In this document: one piece after another, positions 1 to 13,568 of the stretch | Layout of the letters: each line of letters opens with the position of its first letter | Numbering within the stretch: position 1 is the stretch's first letter | Source: Octopus vulgaris | Taxonomy: Eukaryota | Assembly (NCBI GenBank): GCA_951406725.2 | Contig: OX597830.1 | Span: 47,678,001 to 47,742,000 of the forward strand | Reading direction: 5' to 3' | Length of the DNA stretch: 64,000 nt | The notes under the pieces: generated by a model | What the model saw: the letters and a program-made list of their open reading frames with translations, nothing else | What the model was told of the DNA's origin: nothing | Databases searched by the model: none | Translations under genes and position numbers: made by a program

Positions 1-770
1 AGAATATTCAAAACATTAATGATATCATCAAAAAGAATTATAGAATTGAGAGAATATCGGGCAGAATGCTTTACAGTGTTTATAGTTCGACTTGGTTTTG
101 AGTTCACATCTCGCTTCGGGCTGAACTTTGTTTTTCACTCTTCTAAGTTAGATAAAATAATTATCTCTCTATAACAGGTACTTGAGATTTCGAACATTGC
201 AATTAGCGAACAGATTTCTCTCAGGGCAGTTACTGACTCGCTGTGTTTCTGACAGCAAAAGCGACAAGGGAATGAAATTCGGTGCAGAAAAAATATCACA
301 TGGGACTTCATTCGAAAAGTACAAAACAAGACAAATGTTGACATTATATATTAAAAAAAAAAAGAAAACACAAAGAAAAGACTAAACCAGAAGGGTATGA
401 AGTTACGAGTAGAGTCGATACACTTGCTCTAATATTTTTTTTTTTTCACTAAGCCTGAAATTAATTCCGATCGGCAAACGTACATGTGCGTGTAATCTTT
501 AAATTGGAGGCAATTAACGTAATAAATACACGTATTACTTATATATTAAGCATATAAATACAATTTAAGATTAAGATTTTCGGAGAAAACATTGAAATAG
601 GGCAACTTAGATAATATTTTTCTTGTTTTCACTTCAGATAATGACTCACAGCTGTTGATTACGTAAACTGAATTTATCCTCAATAAAAGAGCGAGATCGT
701 AAGTTGTTGTTTAGCCGAGGTTAAATATGAATATATTGCAGGGGAAAAAGTGTAAAGAGAAAGGCTTTAC

Positions 771-1042
771 CTGTCACCGACGTCCTTGTAAGAAATCCCC
801 AAACGGGTGCACCACGCCCTTTCGACGGACAACCAACGACAAGATTTCACCGGGTAACAAAATATAGCAGACACCCTTCCTACAGTAACAAAATAATTAC
901 ATCGATTTCGATGGAACCAGACCGATATACAATGTTTGAAAAAGGAACCCGCCATCAACGATGCCATTACACGGGCAGAATGGTCTTCTGACAGACTAAT
1001 TAACAGATGCCACATTTGATCGCCTAAACTTTCTCCCATCAT
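771..1042 (-). CDS. MARC: mARC (mitochondrial amidoxime-reducing component, MOSC_N domain), first coding exon; gene continues left out of the window
   Basis: Translation ends VGRVSAIFCYPVKSCRWLSVERAWCTRLGISYKDVGDR. This matches the MOSC N-terminal YPVKSC...DR motif and is followed by a GTAAAG donor at 770. Start ATG uncertain (1042, 1039 or 1015). Confidence 0.82.
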
Positions 1043-1428
1043 GTTATTATTGCTTATTTTTTTCCTCAAAATATGTCTCCAGGCAGTTCACGTCACTAAT
1101 AATGTGACTAAAGTTGGTAATCTCCTAAAATTTGCCAGACGAAGGAAAATTCCCACGTGAAATGTTTGAATGACATCCAGCCATCGTCAAGTGTTGACCG
1201 TTTATCAAATCACACGGTCGGGGAAATGTAACACTGACAAAACCAAGGGCAGTTACTCTAATCTTACAGCCAATTCGTTTTTTTTCTTTTCCTATTAACT
1301 CCCTTGCTTTAAAATGACCTTGCTGTGGGAAAGAACCTCCGAATGTTTGCAAAACAGAATGGAAATATATATATATATATATCTATCTCACCACACACAC
1401 ACTCACATACATTTACGTGTAGTGCTTG

Positions 1429-1464
<36 letters not shown>

Positions 1465-1671
1465 GGCGCACGCACACACAAGCACATCTATATACGCGCG
1501 TGTGTGTGTGTGTGACCTCGTTACAAAACTAACGAATCATGTTATGTCAGAGATGACATATCGCATTATCACAACTCAAATAACTGAACGACAAATGAAA
1601 TATGACACCAGAGCTGTGGCACTGAGGACAGCTGCACTATTACGCGCGCACCTGCGCCCATACACACACGC

Positions 1672-1738
<67 letters not shown>

Positions 1739-1784
1739 TGCGTGTACGTGTGTGTGTATATATGTATCTATATATGTGTATATT

Positions 1785-2234
1785 GGCCTGCTCGCTTAGC
1801 CAGCGGGGTGGCGTTATTTGAAGGCTAAAGCAATGCGAAGCGCATTGTGACCAGCGATGTGTAGCAACATCTGATAGCCTAGTCGGTCACGTGATATATG
1901 TATATATCTATATATATAATATATAGTCACACACACACACACACACACACATATATACGTATATATGTATGCATGTGGAGGCACGTGGCTTAGTGGTTAG
2001 GGTGTTGAACTCATGATCGTAAGATTGTGGTTTCGATTCCTGGACCGGGCGATGCGTTCTGTTCTTGAGCAAGACACTTCATTTCACGTTGCTCCAGTCC
2101 ACTCAGCTGGCAAAGATGAGTAATCCGGCGACGGACCGACGTCCCTTCCAGGTGGGGAATTTCTACGCCACTGAAACCGGGAAGCCGGCCTTTATGAGCC
2201 TGGCATGGTTTGAGAAGGAACATTATATGTATGG

Positions 2235-2282
<48 letters not shown>

Positions 2283-2391
2283 CACGTGACCGACCAGACC
2301 ATCAGATGTTGCTACACATCGCTGGTCACAATGCGCTTCGCACTGGTTTAGCCTTCAAATGACGCCACCCCACTGGGTAAGCGAGCAGGCC
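1785..2391. mobile_element. MITE/foldback element with ~110-nt inverted arms (1785-1895 and 2281-2391)
   Basis: GGCCTGCTCGCTTAGCCAG...GGTCACGTGAT and its reverse complement flank a (TA)n-rich core. The same arms occur at 33396-33506 and 36115-36225. Confidence 0.75.
1977..2225 (+). mobile_element. tRNA-derived SINE nested in the MITE (copy A only)
   Basis: A box (TGGCTTAGTGG) and B box (GGTTTCGATTCC), then a TTGAGCAAGACACT...CCACTCAGCTG body; absent from copy B. Confidence 0.75.
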
Positions 2392-2419
2392 ATATATATA
2401 TATATATATATATATATAC

Positions 2420-3505
2420 AGTAAAAGCAATTAAGATTCAAGTCAGTTCTAATGAATCCACTTGAATGCGGTACTTAACTTAGATGCACCAGAAAACTAT
2501 ATGGTATTAACCATACAATAATGTGGGGTGATTATAAACGAGAAAAAAGCAACAAGAATGGATTAGTTTTTTTATGTATAGACAGTAACAGCAATATAAA
2601 CAATAACAATAATAAATAAATTAATTAAATGACCTCCTTCTAGTATTGCACTTATTTCTCTTAATGTATTTCCCTCTAATGATAGCCTTTGACCCCTCTA
2701 TCCCTTCCCCTGTTCTCTTTAAATTCTCATATCTGCTTTAGCTCCGTCGGATTGGCAATTAGTAGCTGTATACTGGTCAAAAATAATGTTCTCCTTTATA
2801 ATTCTTAGATTCCTTCAAATTCTAAGCCAGTCTGCCCGTCTCCACAGAGAGAGACTTTTCTGTGTAGGGGGATACCTGCGACCCCTTCCCTCTCAGTTGT
2901 CCCAGTATACTCTATGTGGGCGTTTTTTAATTTTTTTCCTCCTCTTCTTTTTCTTTTTCTTTCTTTCTTTTCTTTTTTCTTTTCTTATTTTTTTCTTTTC
3001 TTTTCTTTTCTTTGCTCCACAAAATTCCTTCAGCTTTTAGAAATTCTAACATAGCAGTTTTGTGAAGGGAACAGTAGTGTGACAAGTATCTTATCATATA
3101 GCATGAAATTATACCCACCTCATTGTGGATTAGTCATGGATAGATTCATCGTCTGTGAGTATGAAATATCTCCTCATATCTCTGGAAATTTGCACCTACA
3201 TTATGGATTGATTCATCTTCTCTGTGAAGCTAATAAGCTTTTTTAAAACCTGTGATAAGACTGTGCATCATCATTAAAGAACTTTGGAAGTCCGCTTACA
3301 ACTTGAATTTGCTTTTTATAAAATTATCTCCGATACTTCATGAGTGTAGCCTCACCCACTAAGATGTTTGGAGAACTCATATGTGTTTTAGCTGATGAGT
3401 ACGGGACACTTGTATTTGCTGCAATATTTGCAGCTCTTAATAAAGCCTGTCTTTGTATGAAACAATTGTACTAAAAAACTAATCCATTCTTGTTGCTTTT
3501 TTCTC

Positions 3506-3507
<2 letters not shown>
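2420..3507. mobile_element. Copy-A-specific insertion in (TA)n with an inverted terminal segment, probably a Penelope-like remnant
   Basis: Absent at the orthologous site ~36226. ~35 nt at 2539-2573 is the reverse complement of 3473-3507. No recognisable ORF. Confidence 0.45.
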
Positions 3508-3600
<93 letters not shown>

Positions 3601-3868
3601 CATACATATATGTACAAACACACACACACATACACACAATGCTTGCGGTCTGTGAAGCAATATATTGACACTGTAATTATGTAATTAATATTGAAAGACT
3701 GGAAGGCGGCGAGCTGGCAGAAACAAGTGACAAGCAAATCTGTGGCATTGAGCAGAATATTTGCTGTGGCCCCGTCTTTTATACCAAGACAAAACAATGT
3801 ACAGGATACCACTTCCAATCAGTTAGGATCAGAAGCCACGAGAGCAACTGCCTGGTACTGCATCAGGG

Positions 3869-4067
3869 TTCTTCTTCTTCTTCTTCTTCTTCTTCTTCTT
3901 CTTCTTCTTCTTCTTCTTCTTCTTCTTCTTCTTCTTCTTCTTCTTCTGCTGCTGCTGCTTCTTCTTCTTCTTCTTCTTCTTCTTCTTCTTCTTCTGCTTC
4001 TTCTTCTTCTTCTTCTTCTTCTTCTTCTTCTTCTTCTTCTTCTTCTTCTTCTTCTTCTTCTTCTTCT
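3869..4067. repeat. (CTT)n microsatellite
   Basis: Visible directly; paralogous array at 36540-36782. Confidence 0.95.
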
Positions 4068-4519
4068 TTATAGTCATAAACATTTATATTCATAATAACA
4101 CGTGTAACATGGAATAAAAATATGCCTAACTTTCTAGTCTTTGTATTAATATGTGTGTGTGTATGTATGTATGTATGTATGTATGTATGTATGTATGTAT
4201 GTATGTATGTAGGTATGTATCTATGTATGTATGTATGTATGTAATGTGGATACGTAAATATTTTGAAAAATACGTGACGTTGTCTTGGAACTGAAGAACC
4301 CAGTTGGTGGCCAATTTGTTTCAAGGAATCTCCCCAATTCTGCATAAATCCATTATTTCGAACAAGCTATGTGCTTTTAGTAACACTTTCCTTTTATTTA
4401 TCAACATATTCCCGTGTTTCAATAATTTCCAGTAATATTGAATAACACGGAGCTGTTCCAGCCGTGGCAATCCAAACAATAGATTTGGATTGCATTTTTA
4501 TTACGCATGTTTATATAGA

Positions 4520-4870
4520 ACGGGCGAAATTTAAACTCAGAACATGAAGAAGAAGGAAAGACTTTGCCTTTCATCCCTTCAGAGTCGACAAAGTAAGTAC
4601 CAGTTGTGCACTGGGTCGATGTAATCGACTCATTCCCTTCCCTCAATATTTCAGGCCTTGTGCCTAAAGTAGAAAAGAATTCTCTGTGGGTAGTAAAGAA
4701 ATAGGTATTTCGTCTCCCGTTACGTTCTGAGTTCAAATTCCGCCGAGGTCGACTTTGCCTTTCATCCATTCGGGGTCGATAAATCAAGTACCTGTCGCGT
4801 ACTGGCGTCGATCTAATTGACTAGTCCCCCTCCCCCAAAATTTAGGGCCTTGCGCCTAGAGTAGAAAAAA
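4520..4870 (+). mobile_element. Two partial SINE copies (TTCTGAGTTCAAATTCCGCCGAGGTCGACTTTGCC family)
   Basis: The same motif recurs at ~15200, 21880-22080 (minus), 22551-22700, 37225-37570 and 50648-50850. Confidence 0.7.
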
Positions 4871-5374
4871 ATTGTGAGGAGGTCTTCGTATGAATTGAAC
4901 CTGCTGCTCGAATTCATACATTATCATATTATTGTTAATTCGATCAATTATTTTTCGTTCAAATGTTTCCGATCAAATTTATTTCGATCCTATTCAACAA
5001 AGCTTTTCAATATTTTCAGTGTAAATTGCAATGTCACCAGGTAAGTGTTACATGGTTTGTGGCTCTGTGCTATAGTGAGATGTGGTTTCGTTAACGGGGA
5101 TGTGAGTCGGTAGGTCGGCTCTCACCCTGGGCCCTGCCAATTCCTTTTCTTAGTCTCCTCTGTCTCCAGTTTGCATCGTGAAAAAACGGCACATCACAAT
5201 GACCGTTTACTTACATCAGAGGTTTTATCTCATATTTGATGTGTGTAACAGAGAGATATGGGGGGGGGGGGAGGAAGAAAATAAAGATAGAAGAGAAGAA
5301 AGAAGGAAGGGGAGAAAGAAAGAGAGAGAGGAAGTGAGAGAGAAAGAGTGAATGAGTGTGTATGAGAGTGTGTG

Positions 5375-5488
<114 letters not shown>

Positions 5489-5869
5489 CCTTTTACCTGA
5501 CAAACAGAGAAAAGACTCAGAAAGATGTTTTCATGGATAAAATTAAAAAGTTTATGTTTATTTCGAAGTTACATCGTCAATAATAACAAAATTATTGGTG
5601 CAAGAAAACCAAAACAGAAAAAGAAAAGGAGAGAAAAGAAAGAAAGAGAACGAGAAAGAAACTAAAAAGGAACTAAAAAAAAAAACATGAAAGGAAGGAA
5701 ACAGAAAGAAGAGGGAAATGTAAGAAATTGAAAAGAAGGAAGAAAAAGAAAGAAGGAAGGCCAAGAGAGGAAAGAACAGAAAAAGTGATGGAAAGGTTGA
5801 TGAAGAGAAGAAAGCGTGAAAAATAAAAGAAAAGAAAGAAAAAATGTAAAAATTTGTGCCGAGAAACTG

Positions 5870-5875
5870 TTTATT
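5870..5875 (-). terminator. Putative polyadenylation signal (AATAAA) of paralog A
   Basis: AATAAA ~48 nt after the stop, followed by a U-rich tract; retained in copy B at 38497-38502. Confidence 0.5.
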
Positions 5876-5922
5876 TGGAAAATAGAAATCAGGCGAATTA
5901 TCTGTGAGCAAAGTAAATTTCT

Positions 5923-6122
5923 TCAATAATTGAATGTGTAGAGATCACAAAGCTTTTGAGAGTTATTTGAGTAGGCAAAAGCAACACATATCTGCTCGCG
6001 CTGACAAATTGAGGCACACCTCATTCTTGATGGACTTGTGGTTTCACGAAGTGGCTTCAGCGGGATATAAGGGTTGAAACCAAATACAAAGTAAGCACTA
6101 AAAGCCGAACCCTTAAATGTTC
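5923..6122 (-). CDS. PAN protein paralog A, terminal coding exon 5 (PAN/Apple domain 2)
   Basis: Strong acceptor (polyT-ctgtctttcgcag), phase 1. Encodes ...SRMRCASICQREQICVAFAYSNNSQKLCDLYTFNY*, with TGA at 5925-5923. Confidence 0.85.
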
Positions 6123-6186
6123 CTGCGAAAGACAGAAAAAAAAAATAAGGTTACATATAAAATTTTAATTATTTGAATTATTTGGA

Positions 6187-6267
<81 letters not shown>

Positions 6268-6819
6268 ACAAATAGTGAGGGATTATCAATTCGGGCCAAA
6301 TACTTCGTAAGCTTTCTGTTGGTACACCAGACTAACACTATTTCTTAGATTAGTGAAGAACTCCAGGTAATCTTTTTTGGTAGGGTCCCAAGTTGTAGTT
6401 CATCACAGTTCTATATTGTAAATCTGGATGGGGTCCAGACAAATTGGTCTTTACGCAGTGTGATATATATAAGAAACAAGTTTTAAATAATGGTTATTAC
6501 TTATTTTTCCTTCACTGCTGGAGTAAATTTAGCTTACAGCTGTTTCCAGTAAGCATTAGAAGTACGTTGCCGATATGTTTACTCAAATGGTCTGTTCAAT
6601 TTACCTCAATTGGAAATTGGTGTAAGCCAAAATTGCGCTAATAAAGGAATTATACACACACACGCACACACACACACACACACACATTTAAAGTAAAGAG
6701 AAAATGGAGAAACATTGATCAACAAGAATTGACTTAGAACGAGAGGAAGACGAACGCCTTTCATCTTTCCCTCGAGGCTCTTCTTCTTTGCTTTTCTTTT
6801 CTTTTCTTTTATATATGTA

Positions 6820-7332
6820 CTAGCAGTATCGCCCGGCGTTGCTCGGGTTTGTAAGGGAAATAACTATATAAGCATTTTTAGAGAGTTACTTCCCTTATAG
6901 ATGCCAATTCGGGGTTTCTTAGCCATTTCTGTTTTGGTGTCTTCAAGCCATGAAGTCGTTGTTCTAAAAGAACGCTGGTCTCCTTGACAACGCTTTACGA
7001 CGTTGATTTCCTTACACTCCCTTCCCCACAGCTTCACGAGGGAGGAAAGAAGGGGGAGAAGCAAACAGGTGCAGGTGTGACCATGGGTGCCAACTCCGCC
7101 GCCATCGACACACGAAAAATTATGCATTAAAATGGAATAAAAAATGATGTTAAATTATTTTTAAAATCGTAGACTCATCGTAGACGCGCGCTAATTCTCA
7201 GACGGGCTCGATATGAATCACGACTATAAGATAGCCGAATTTGGTTAAACTGCACCGCAAAATGTGGGAGTAGTTAGGAATCTAAATCGAAGGGGACAGA
7301 CACTCACACAACTACAGTTTTATATATATAGA
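6820..7332 (-). mobile_element. Non-autonomous Helitron (copy A only)
   Basis: Minus strand starts A|TCTATATATATAAAAC and ends with a GC hairpin (CCCGAGCAACGCCGGG) then CTAG|T: canonical TC...CTAG termini at an AT target. Confidence 0.75.
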
Positions 7333-7882
7333 TTTTTCTTCACTCTGATGAAGATCCATGTTCCAGATCGGATGTATCACCAAATATGATGAATATTATT
7401 TTCAGAATTTTCAATGGCAATGCAATATAACATTGGAAGCAGAAACAGGTGTCAGATAGGATGCAGACTATTGGTATTGACTTAAAAAATAATAATTGAT
7501 GTAATTCAATTGTTGTTGATTAATATTTTCTCCATTCTGTTTTCTTTAAATTCGATTCCTGATAAACTCAAGTTTATCTTTGTCATTACCTGTAACCTAT
7601 GACCGTAATATGCTTGCATATCTATGTCCAGGGTTAACATAGGTCATTATACCGGTAGTATAACAGATATTTTGTATCCCTTAGACGGTTATTCTAACCT
7701 CTAAATCTACTAACCTTTATGTATGTATGTATGTATGTATGTATGTATGTATGTATGTATGTATGTATGTATGTATGTATGTATGTATGCATGCATGCAT
7801 GTATGTATTTATGTATGTATAGATATATATATATATATATATATGTATGGATATGGATATATATATATATATATATGGATAT

Positions 7883-7996
<114 letters not shown>

Positions 7997-9466
7997 ATTA
8001 AACAGTAGTGAGATAAGAGATAAATTATTTATTGCAGGAAGCCTTAAAAAGTTAATTATGTGGCGCGAAGCAAGCATGTGTATGATTATTATAATTTTAA
8101 TTTTTCTAGCAAGCATGGGAGACAAATCTAGCCATTTTTCAGACCTATTCTGACTTTATTAGCAAAACATAGCCCTCACCATGTTTCCCAAAGTAGGGAT
8201 AAAAGAATCGCTAGGTAAATGTATAAGATTGCTGAAAGGTTGACGCAGGAAAAAATGAAAATATTTAGAGACACCATCCGCATAAAAAAAGCAATGTTTA
8301 ATTAAGTTAATATTAACATATTTACTGTATGGACCATTAATTAAATATAGATAACTATAGTGGATCTTTTCTTTCTTCCCTTCTCTTTCTGTTTTTAATT
8401 TTGCAACAATTTCATCAAAACCTTGTTAGTAAGAATAAACATCTAATTCCTAACGGAAAATAAGCCAACAGCAACTCAAAGATAAGATGGAATTAACTAC
8501 CATGTTTTCTTAAGCTTTTCTTTTTAAAGTTGTAGTATCGAAAAATCAATTTACATTTTCTTTCCGTTATTGATTAACCGCAGGTAAGCCCAGCTCGTTC
8601 AGATCTCTGATCAAAGGCATTCCAGATGTGACTATCCTGTTCCATTTTGTTTTTGTTTTCTTGTGTTACATTATAGGATGCGTTCTCTTTTTCAAATGGC
8701 AATCTATAATCTAAGGATAATTTGGTTCTTATTTTTAGCAAAAAAATCTACCGTATAGTGACTCCATCGTTTATATTACATGACTGGTGTTTATTTTATC
8801 GATTTAAGATAAATAAATGATAAATTGGCACATTTTTTCTTCTTCACTCTCCTTCTAAAATGGCCGCCTCATAATTCACATTTTTCCTTCTCACAATCTG
8901 TTTATGATGGTAACTTTGCCTTTGGTATATTTTCTTCTTTCTCTCAATGCTTGTCTCATACTTTACATGATTTCCTCATTATCTTTCTACCATATCTTCT
9001 CCATACTTTATTTCCGTTTTTTTTTGTTTCATTTTTCAACTTATAAATTTTTTAATAGCATTTTTTTATGTCTCAGTTCAAAACATTTCATTCAATTTGT
9101 CGCTGTTGTTGCTTAAATGATTCTTTGTGGTGACAAGATTAGAAAATGTGGACAAGTTGCAAGTTCCAATTTCGTAAATGGTATTAAAGTTGTTAATACG
9201 TTTTCGAGATAGGAAACTGGAAGATTACGATATTCATAGTTTACTTTGGCCGTCCTTTCGAACGCTTCAATGATTTCTCGTGAGCACGCCAACCATCACG
9301 GTTCCTCGTGCAAGTTCGTCAACATTTACCATTCCACTTTCCCGAAGCAAGTTGTCCACATAATTTTATTTTTGTTTTTGCCGAACCGCAGAGCTGTGAG
9401 AACGTAAACACACCAGCATCGGTTTTCATGCGGTTTTCAAGCGGTTACCACGCGCATACACGCACG

Positions 9467-9529
<63 letters not shown>

Positions 9530-9722
9530 GATAATCTTCTTTCAGTTTCCGTTACCCAATCACAAAGCTTTAATCGGTCCAAGGCTACAGAAGAAAACAT
9601 TTGCCTAAGGTATCACGTAGTAGGACTGAAACCGGAACCATGTGGTCGGGAAACAATCATCTTAACACACAGCCATTGTTTTCTTACATAGGTTGAGTAA
9701 TTATCAAATGACTAGTATTATA

Positions 9723-10941
9723 CAGGGTGCGATGGATAAATTGTCGCCATTTTAGGCTTTTAATTTCGCGCAGGCGCATTCTTTGTTTTTGATTTTGTCG
9801 ACTACACAGTATAGTAGGGTCAGCTGGGTACCGTCTGTCAGAAAAACAGCACCATGACGCAATTCACTCTGCCAGAAATTTGGAGACGACATGCTGTACC
9901 GCTTGGCATTCGCGCCGCAAGCTCCAATACATACGTTGCAGAAATTTGGGTGTTAATATGATGACAGTGCAATTTGAAGACATGTACGGAGAGCGATAAA
10001 AATGAAGTACCCAGTCAACATCATGGTGTTTGGAGTAATCACACGTTATGCTTCCATCCATCTTCCCACACGACTTCAGACTCAACATGGAGGTCTACAT
10101 CAAGTGCCTGGAGGAGGTAGTGCTGCCCTGTGTCAAGGTGGCGGCTGCGGAAGACCCTATGTCTGGCAACAGGACTTTGTACCATGCCACACAAGCAAGA
10201 GAACCCAGTCATGGCTGTCATACAATTTCTGCGACCACATCACCCCCTAACATCTGGCCACCTAACTCCCCACACAGCCACCTCCTTGATTATTATGTGT
10301 GAGACGCAGTCGAGTGAGAGACCAACAAAGCTCCTTGTAACACTAAGGATGAACTGAAGGCAAGGATTATGGCAGCATTCACCAATTTAAACAAGGAGAT
10401 TGTCCAGAAGAACTGCAGGAGATTCCGAAGTTGTCTGGAAGCCGTGGCTGAAGCCACTGGCGAGGAATTCGAACCACGTTTCGTGGTTCGTTACCTCAAC
10501 AGCTCCTTTATAGGATCCAATGGCTAAATACATCATCAAGAGGAACCAGGTCCAGTTTCGGCCCCTATTCCGCTACCGTTTTCGACGTGGCGGGGCCCCT
10601 CCTTTCGGAGGTGTCTTCAGCTCTGGTGTTGAGTGCGTTTCTTCTTTCTTTCTTTTGTTCTTTGGTTTCTTCGATCCAGCGTCAACGAATGTCAGCAGGC
10701 GATTGACCATCCGGCCAAATTTCCCTTTAATACTCGCTGGTAGGCTCCAGCAGCCAGCACCAGCTAATTGTCACGTGACACTGTCTAAACTTCAACTGAC
10801 CAATGGAGGGGAAGGGCGCGAATAAATTTACTCTTTAGTGTTTCAAGATATTTTTATGCAGTTTTGGTAAATATATCTGTTAAAATGAGACATTGGTGTT
10901 ATTTTCATTTTTGCATAATTTAGACGACAATTTATTCACTG

Positions 10942-10948
<7 letters not shown>
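9723..10948 (+). mobile_element. Decayed Tc1/mariner (maT/DD37D-like) DNA transposon
   Basis: Imperfect TIRs (CAGGGTGCGATGGATAAATTGTCG / CGACAATTTATTCACTGTACCCTA) with TA flanks. Frameshifted transposase motifs IMVFGVIT, YVWQQDFVPCH and WPPNSPHSHLLDY. Confidence 0.85.
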
Positions 10949-10981
<33 letters not shown>

Positions 10982-11268
10982 ATTTCTGGAGGACGAGTTT
11001 AAATCTCGCTGAATTTCAACGTTGCGAGATTTGAACTCAGAGTATAAAGGGACACAACTCACTAGCAAAGACAGCACGATTTTATATCATCGCTACTGAT
11101 CCACAGCCTTCGTTGAAGCTTATATATTAGTTTCTAATGAAGTCATAATGGAAAAAATGTAAAATCGATTATATCGATCTCACCATTGTGTTGCTGCTCT
11201 TTTTACCAAATCAATGACGGAAAGCAAAAACGAATTAAAATTAATTAAATGTTAGTTTTATTACTTAC

Positions 11269-11361
11269 GGTAGTTAAATGATCGTCCGGCAAACGAGCGG
11301 AAATTACAATGGCGTGGAAAATCCCCCATCATATAGTAAGCAAGGTAATAAGAGAAAGGAT
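11269..11361 (-). CDS. PAN protein paralog A, coding exon 4
   Basis: 93-nt phase 1-1 exon (catttacag / gtaagt) encoding (D)PFSYYLAYYMMGDFPRHCNFRSFAGRSFNY(R). It is required in paralog B to avoid a split TGA codon. Confidence 0.75.
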
Positions 11362-11423
11362 CTGTAAATGATAGTAATACACAATATATATTCAAGGATA
11401 AATATGAATCCTTTATATGCACA

Positions 11424-11565
<142 letters not shown>

Positions 11566-13174
11566 TGCGCGCGCAAATACACAACGGTGCAACGAATAAA
11601 TCAATTTACTCGAGATTTTGTGATTAGAGATGTGTAACGGTAGATATTAATTTGTAAAGAATATTATGATATGTGGGAGTCAGTTGGTGTGACGATAAAC
11701 ATTCGTTGTTATGACGGCAAGTTGTAAGATGAACAATGCATGAATTTTTAAGAAAGCATTTATTTACCGTTACGTTACAAATACCTTGCCGCGACGGGAA
11801 GGTTATGGTAAATCCAAAAGCATGCAAAGTAAAGTTTGTGTTTGTGTCCTCTTCATTGTTTAGTAGTAGTAATTCACAGATAGCGATATAATGATGTTGT
11901 AAGAGAACAGAATTAGAGCTAGAGAGAATTTTAGGGTGTTGTTTGAAGTTGCTGACAGTAAACTTCGTTCCTTCCTCTCACTAATGTTCTAGCTGATCAG
12001 CCACGCTACGTTCTCACTGGTGACTAACTGATTTTTGCTTGGGATGTGCTTGCTTATATATATAGAACCAGAAGGATAGATATATCATTGAGAACAATGG
12101 ATTTACTTGGTGGTCTTGTTATCTCTATTCCAGCTTTTGGTGAAGTAGAAGAGGTTAGAAAGGGTCAAGTGGTGAAGACATTATTTCGGCCTAGCTAAAA
12201 GGCATCTGGAAAATGTAAATACTGCTGTCAGAGAAAAACCATTGTTACATCGTGGGAAAAGCTCTGTAGCAGTGTTAATTTAAATTTGGCGGTGGTGGAT
12301 CGAATCCACTTCATGCATGCAAGATTCACTACAGATGTATAAAAGTGTGAGACAAAGTCATGTGATTTCATGGCATTTTCCGTGGCTGAATGTCCTAACA
12401 TCCATGTTCTTTCTCAAACGTCTTAGCGGGGAAAGAGTAATAGTTTCCACTGAACTGGACCCAAATCCTTGGTTCTGTTCGATGGGGATTAATATCTACG
12501 TAATTACAGAAGTAAAAGGAATCTGCAACATGGAGAAACCAATGATGGCCAACGATTTGTTGTAGAAAAAGAACAATTTCAATTCCGCTCTCTTCTTTCT
12601 ATTTTCCCCTTTACCAACCCCTCACTTTCTCTGTCTCTCAATCTGTCCCTGTCTGTTTCTGTCTCTGTCTCTCTCTCTCTTTCCCCACCCTTTTTTCTCA
12701 CACTTTGATTACGATATCATGAAGCCACATTGAAGAATAGTGGTAAGATTCTTGTAAATAGCATTGGAGAATCGACAACCTTCTAAGACATATTTCTTGG
12801 GGATAAGAGAAGGACATTGTCCTTGAAATTTTCAGTGCCACCGAGCGTGATGAGGTGGGGGATTAAGGAGCAATTGCAACACATAAGTTGCTTCAATACG
12901 AAGCATTCGCTCAAGATAACAAGTTCACTTAGGATCAGAGATTTGATTCTTTTAAGTAAAAGAAACACCACTGAAGGTACCCTAATCTAAGACGGTGATC
13001 TTAAACAGGGAAATTAGGTTTTCTATCCTTGAACAGGTACATTCCGATGGACTTTGATATAATTCCCGTCTACCAACTCACTTGAAAGTTTGGGTCGATC
13101 CCAGATTATTAGAGAAGGCACTTGTTCGCAGTCTCGTATTGAACCCAGGCGCATTTGTTTACGAAGTGAACTAC

Positions 13175-13568
13175 CCACGCATGGATGGAAGCACTCCGTC
13201 GGTTACGACGACGAGGGTTCCGGTTGATCTGAATCAACGGAACAGCCTGCTCGTGAAATTAACGCGTAAGTGGCTGAGCACTCCACAGACACGTGTACCC
13301 TTAACGTAGTTCTCGGGGATATTCAGCGTGACACAGAGAGTGACAAGGCCGGCCCTTTGAAATACAGGTAGAACAGAAACAGGAAGTAAGAGTGAGAGAA
13401 AGTTGTGGTGAAAGAGTACAGCAGGGATCACCACCATCCCCTGCCGGAGCCTCGTGGAGCTTTAGGTGTTTTCGCTCAATAAACACTCACAACGCCCGGT
13501 CTGGGAATCGAAACCGCGATCCTATGACCGCGAGTCCGCTGCCCTAACCACTGGGCCATTGCGCCTCC
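13175..13568 (-). mobile_element. Full-length tRNA-derived SINE
   Basis: Minus strand reads GGAGGCGCAATGGCCCAGTGG (A box)...GGTTTCGATTCCC (B box). The tail is shared with 26600-26900; paralog at ~42089-42482. Confidence 0.8.

Noticed and set aside
6260-6650. Possible exon within the inverted segment
   Set aside because: No phase-compatible open exon with good splice sites in either orientation; the gene model closes without it.
13490-13568. tRNA-like sequences here and at ~1980, ~26850 and ~42420
   Set aside because: A/B boxes run straight into SINE bodies and I could not fold a proper cloverleaf, so they are SINE heads rather than tRNA genes.
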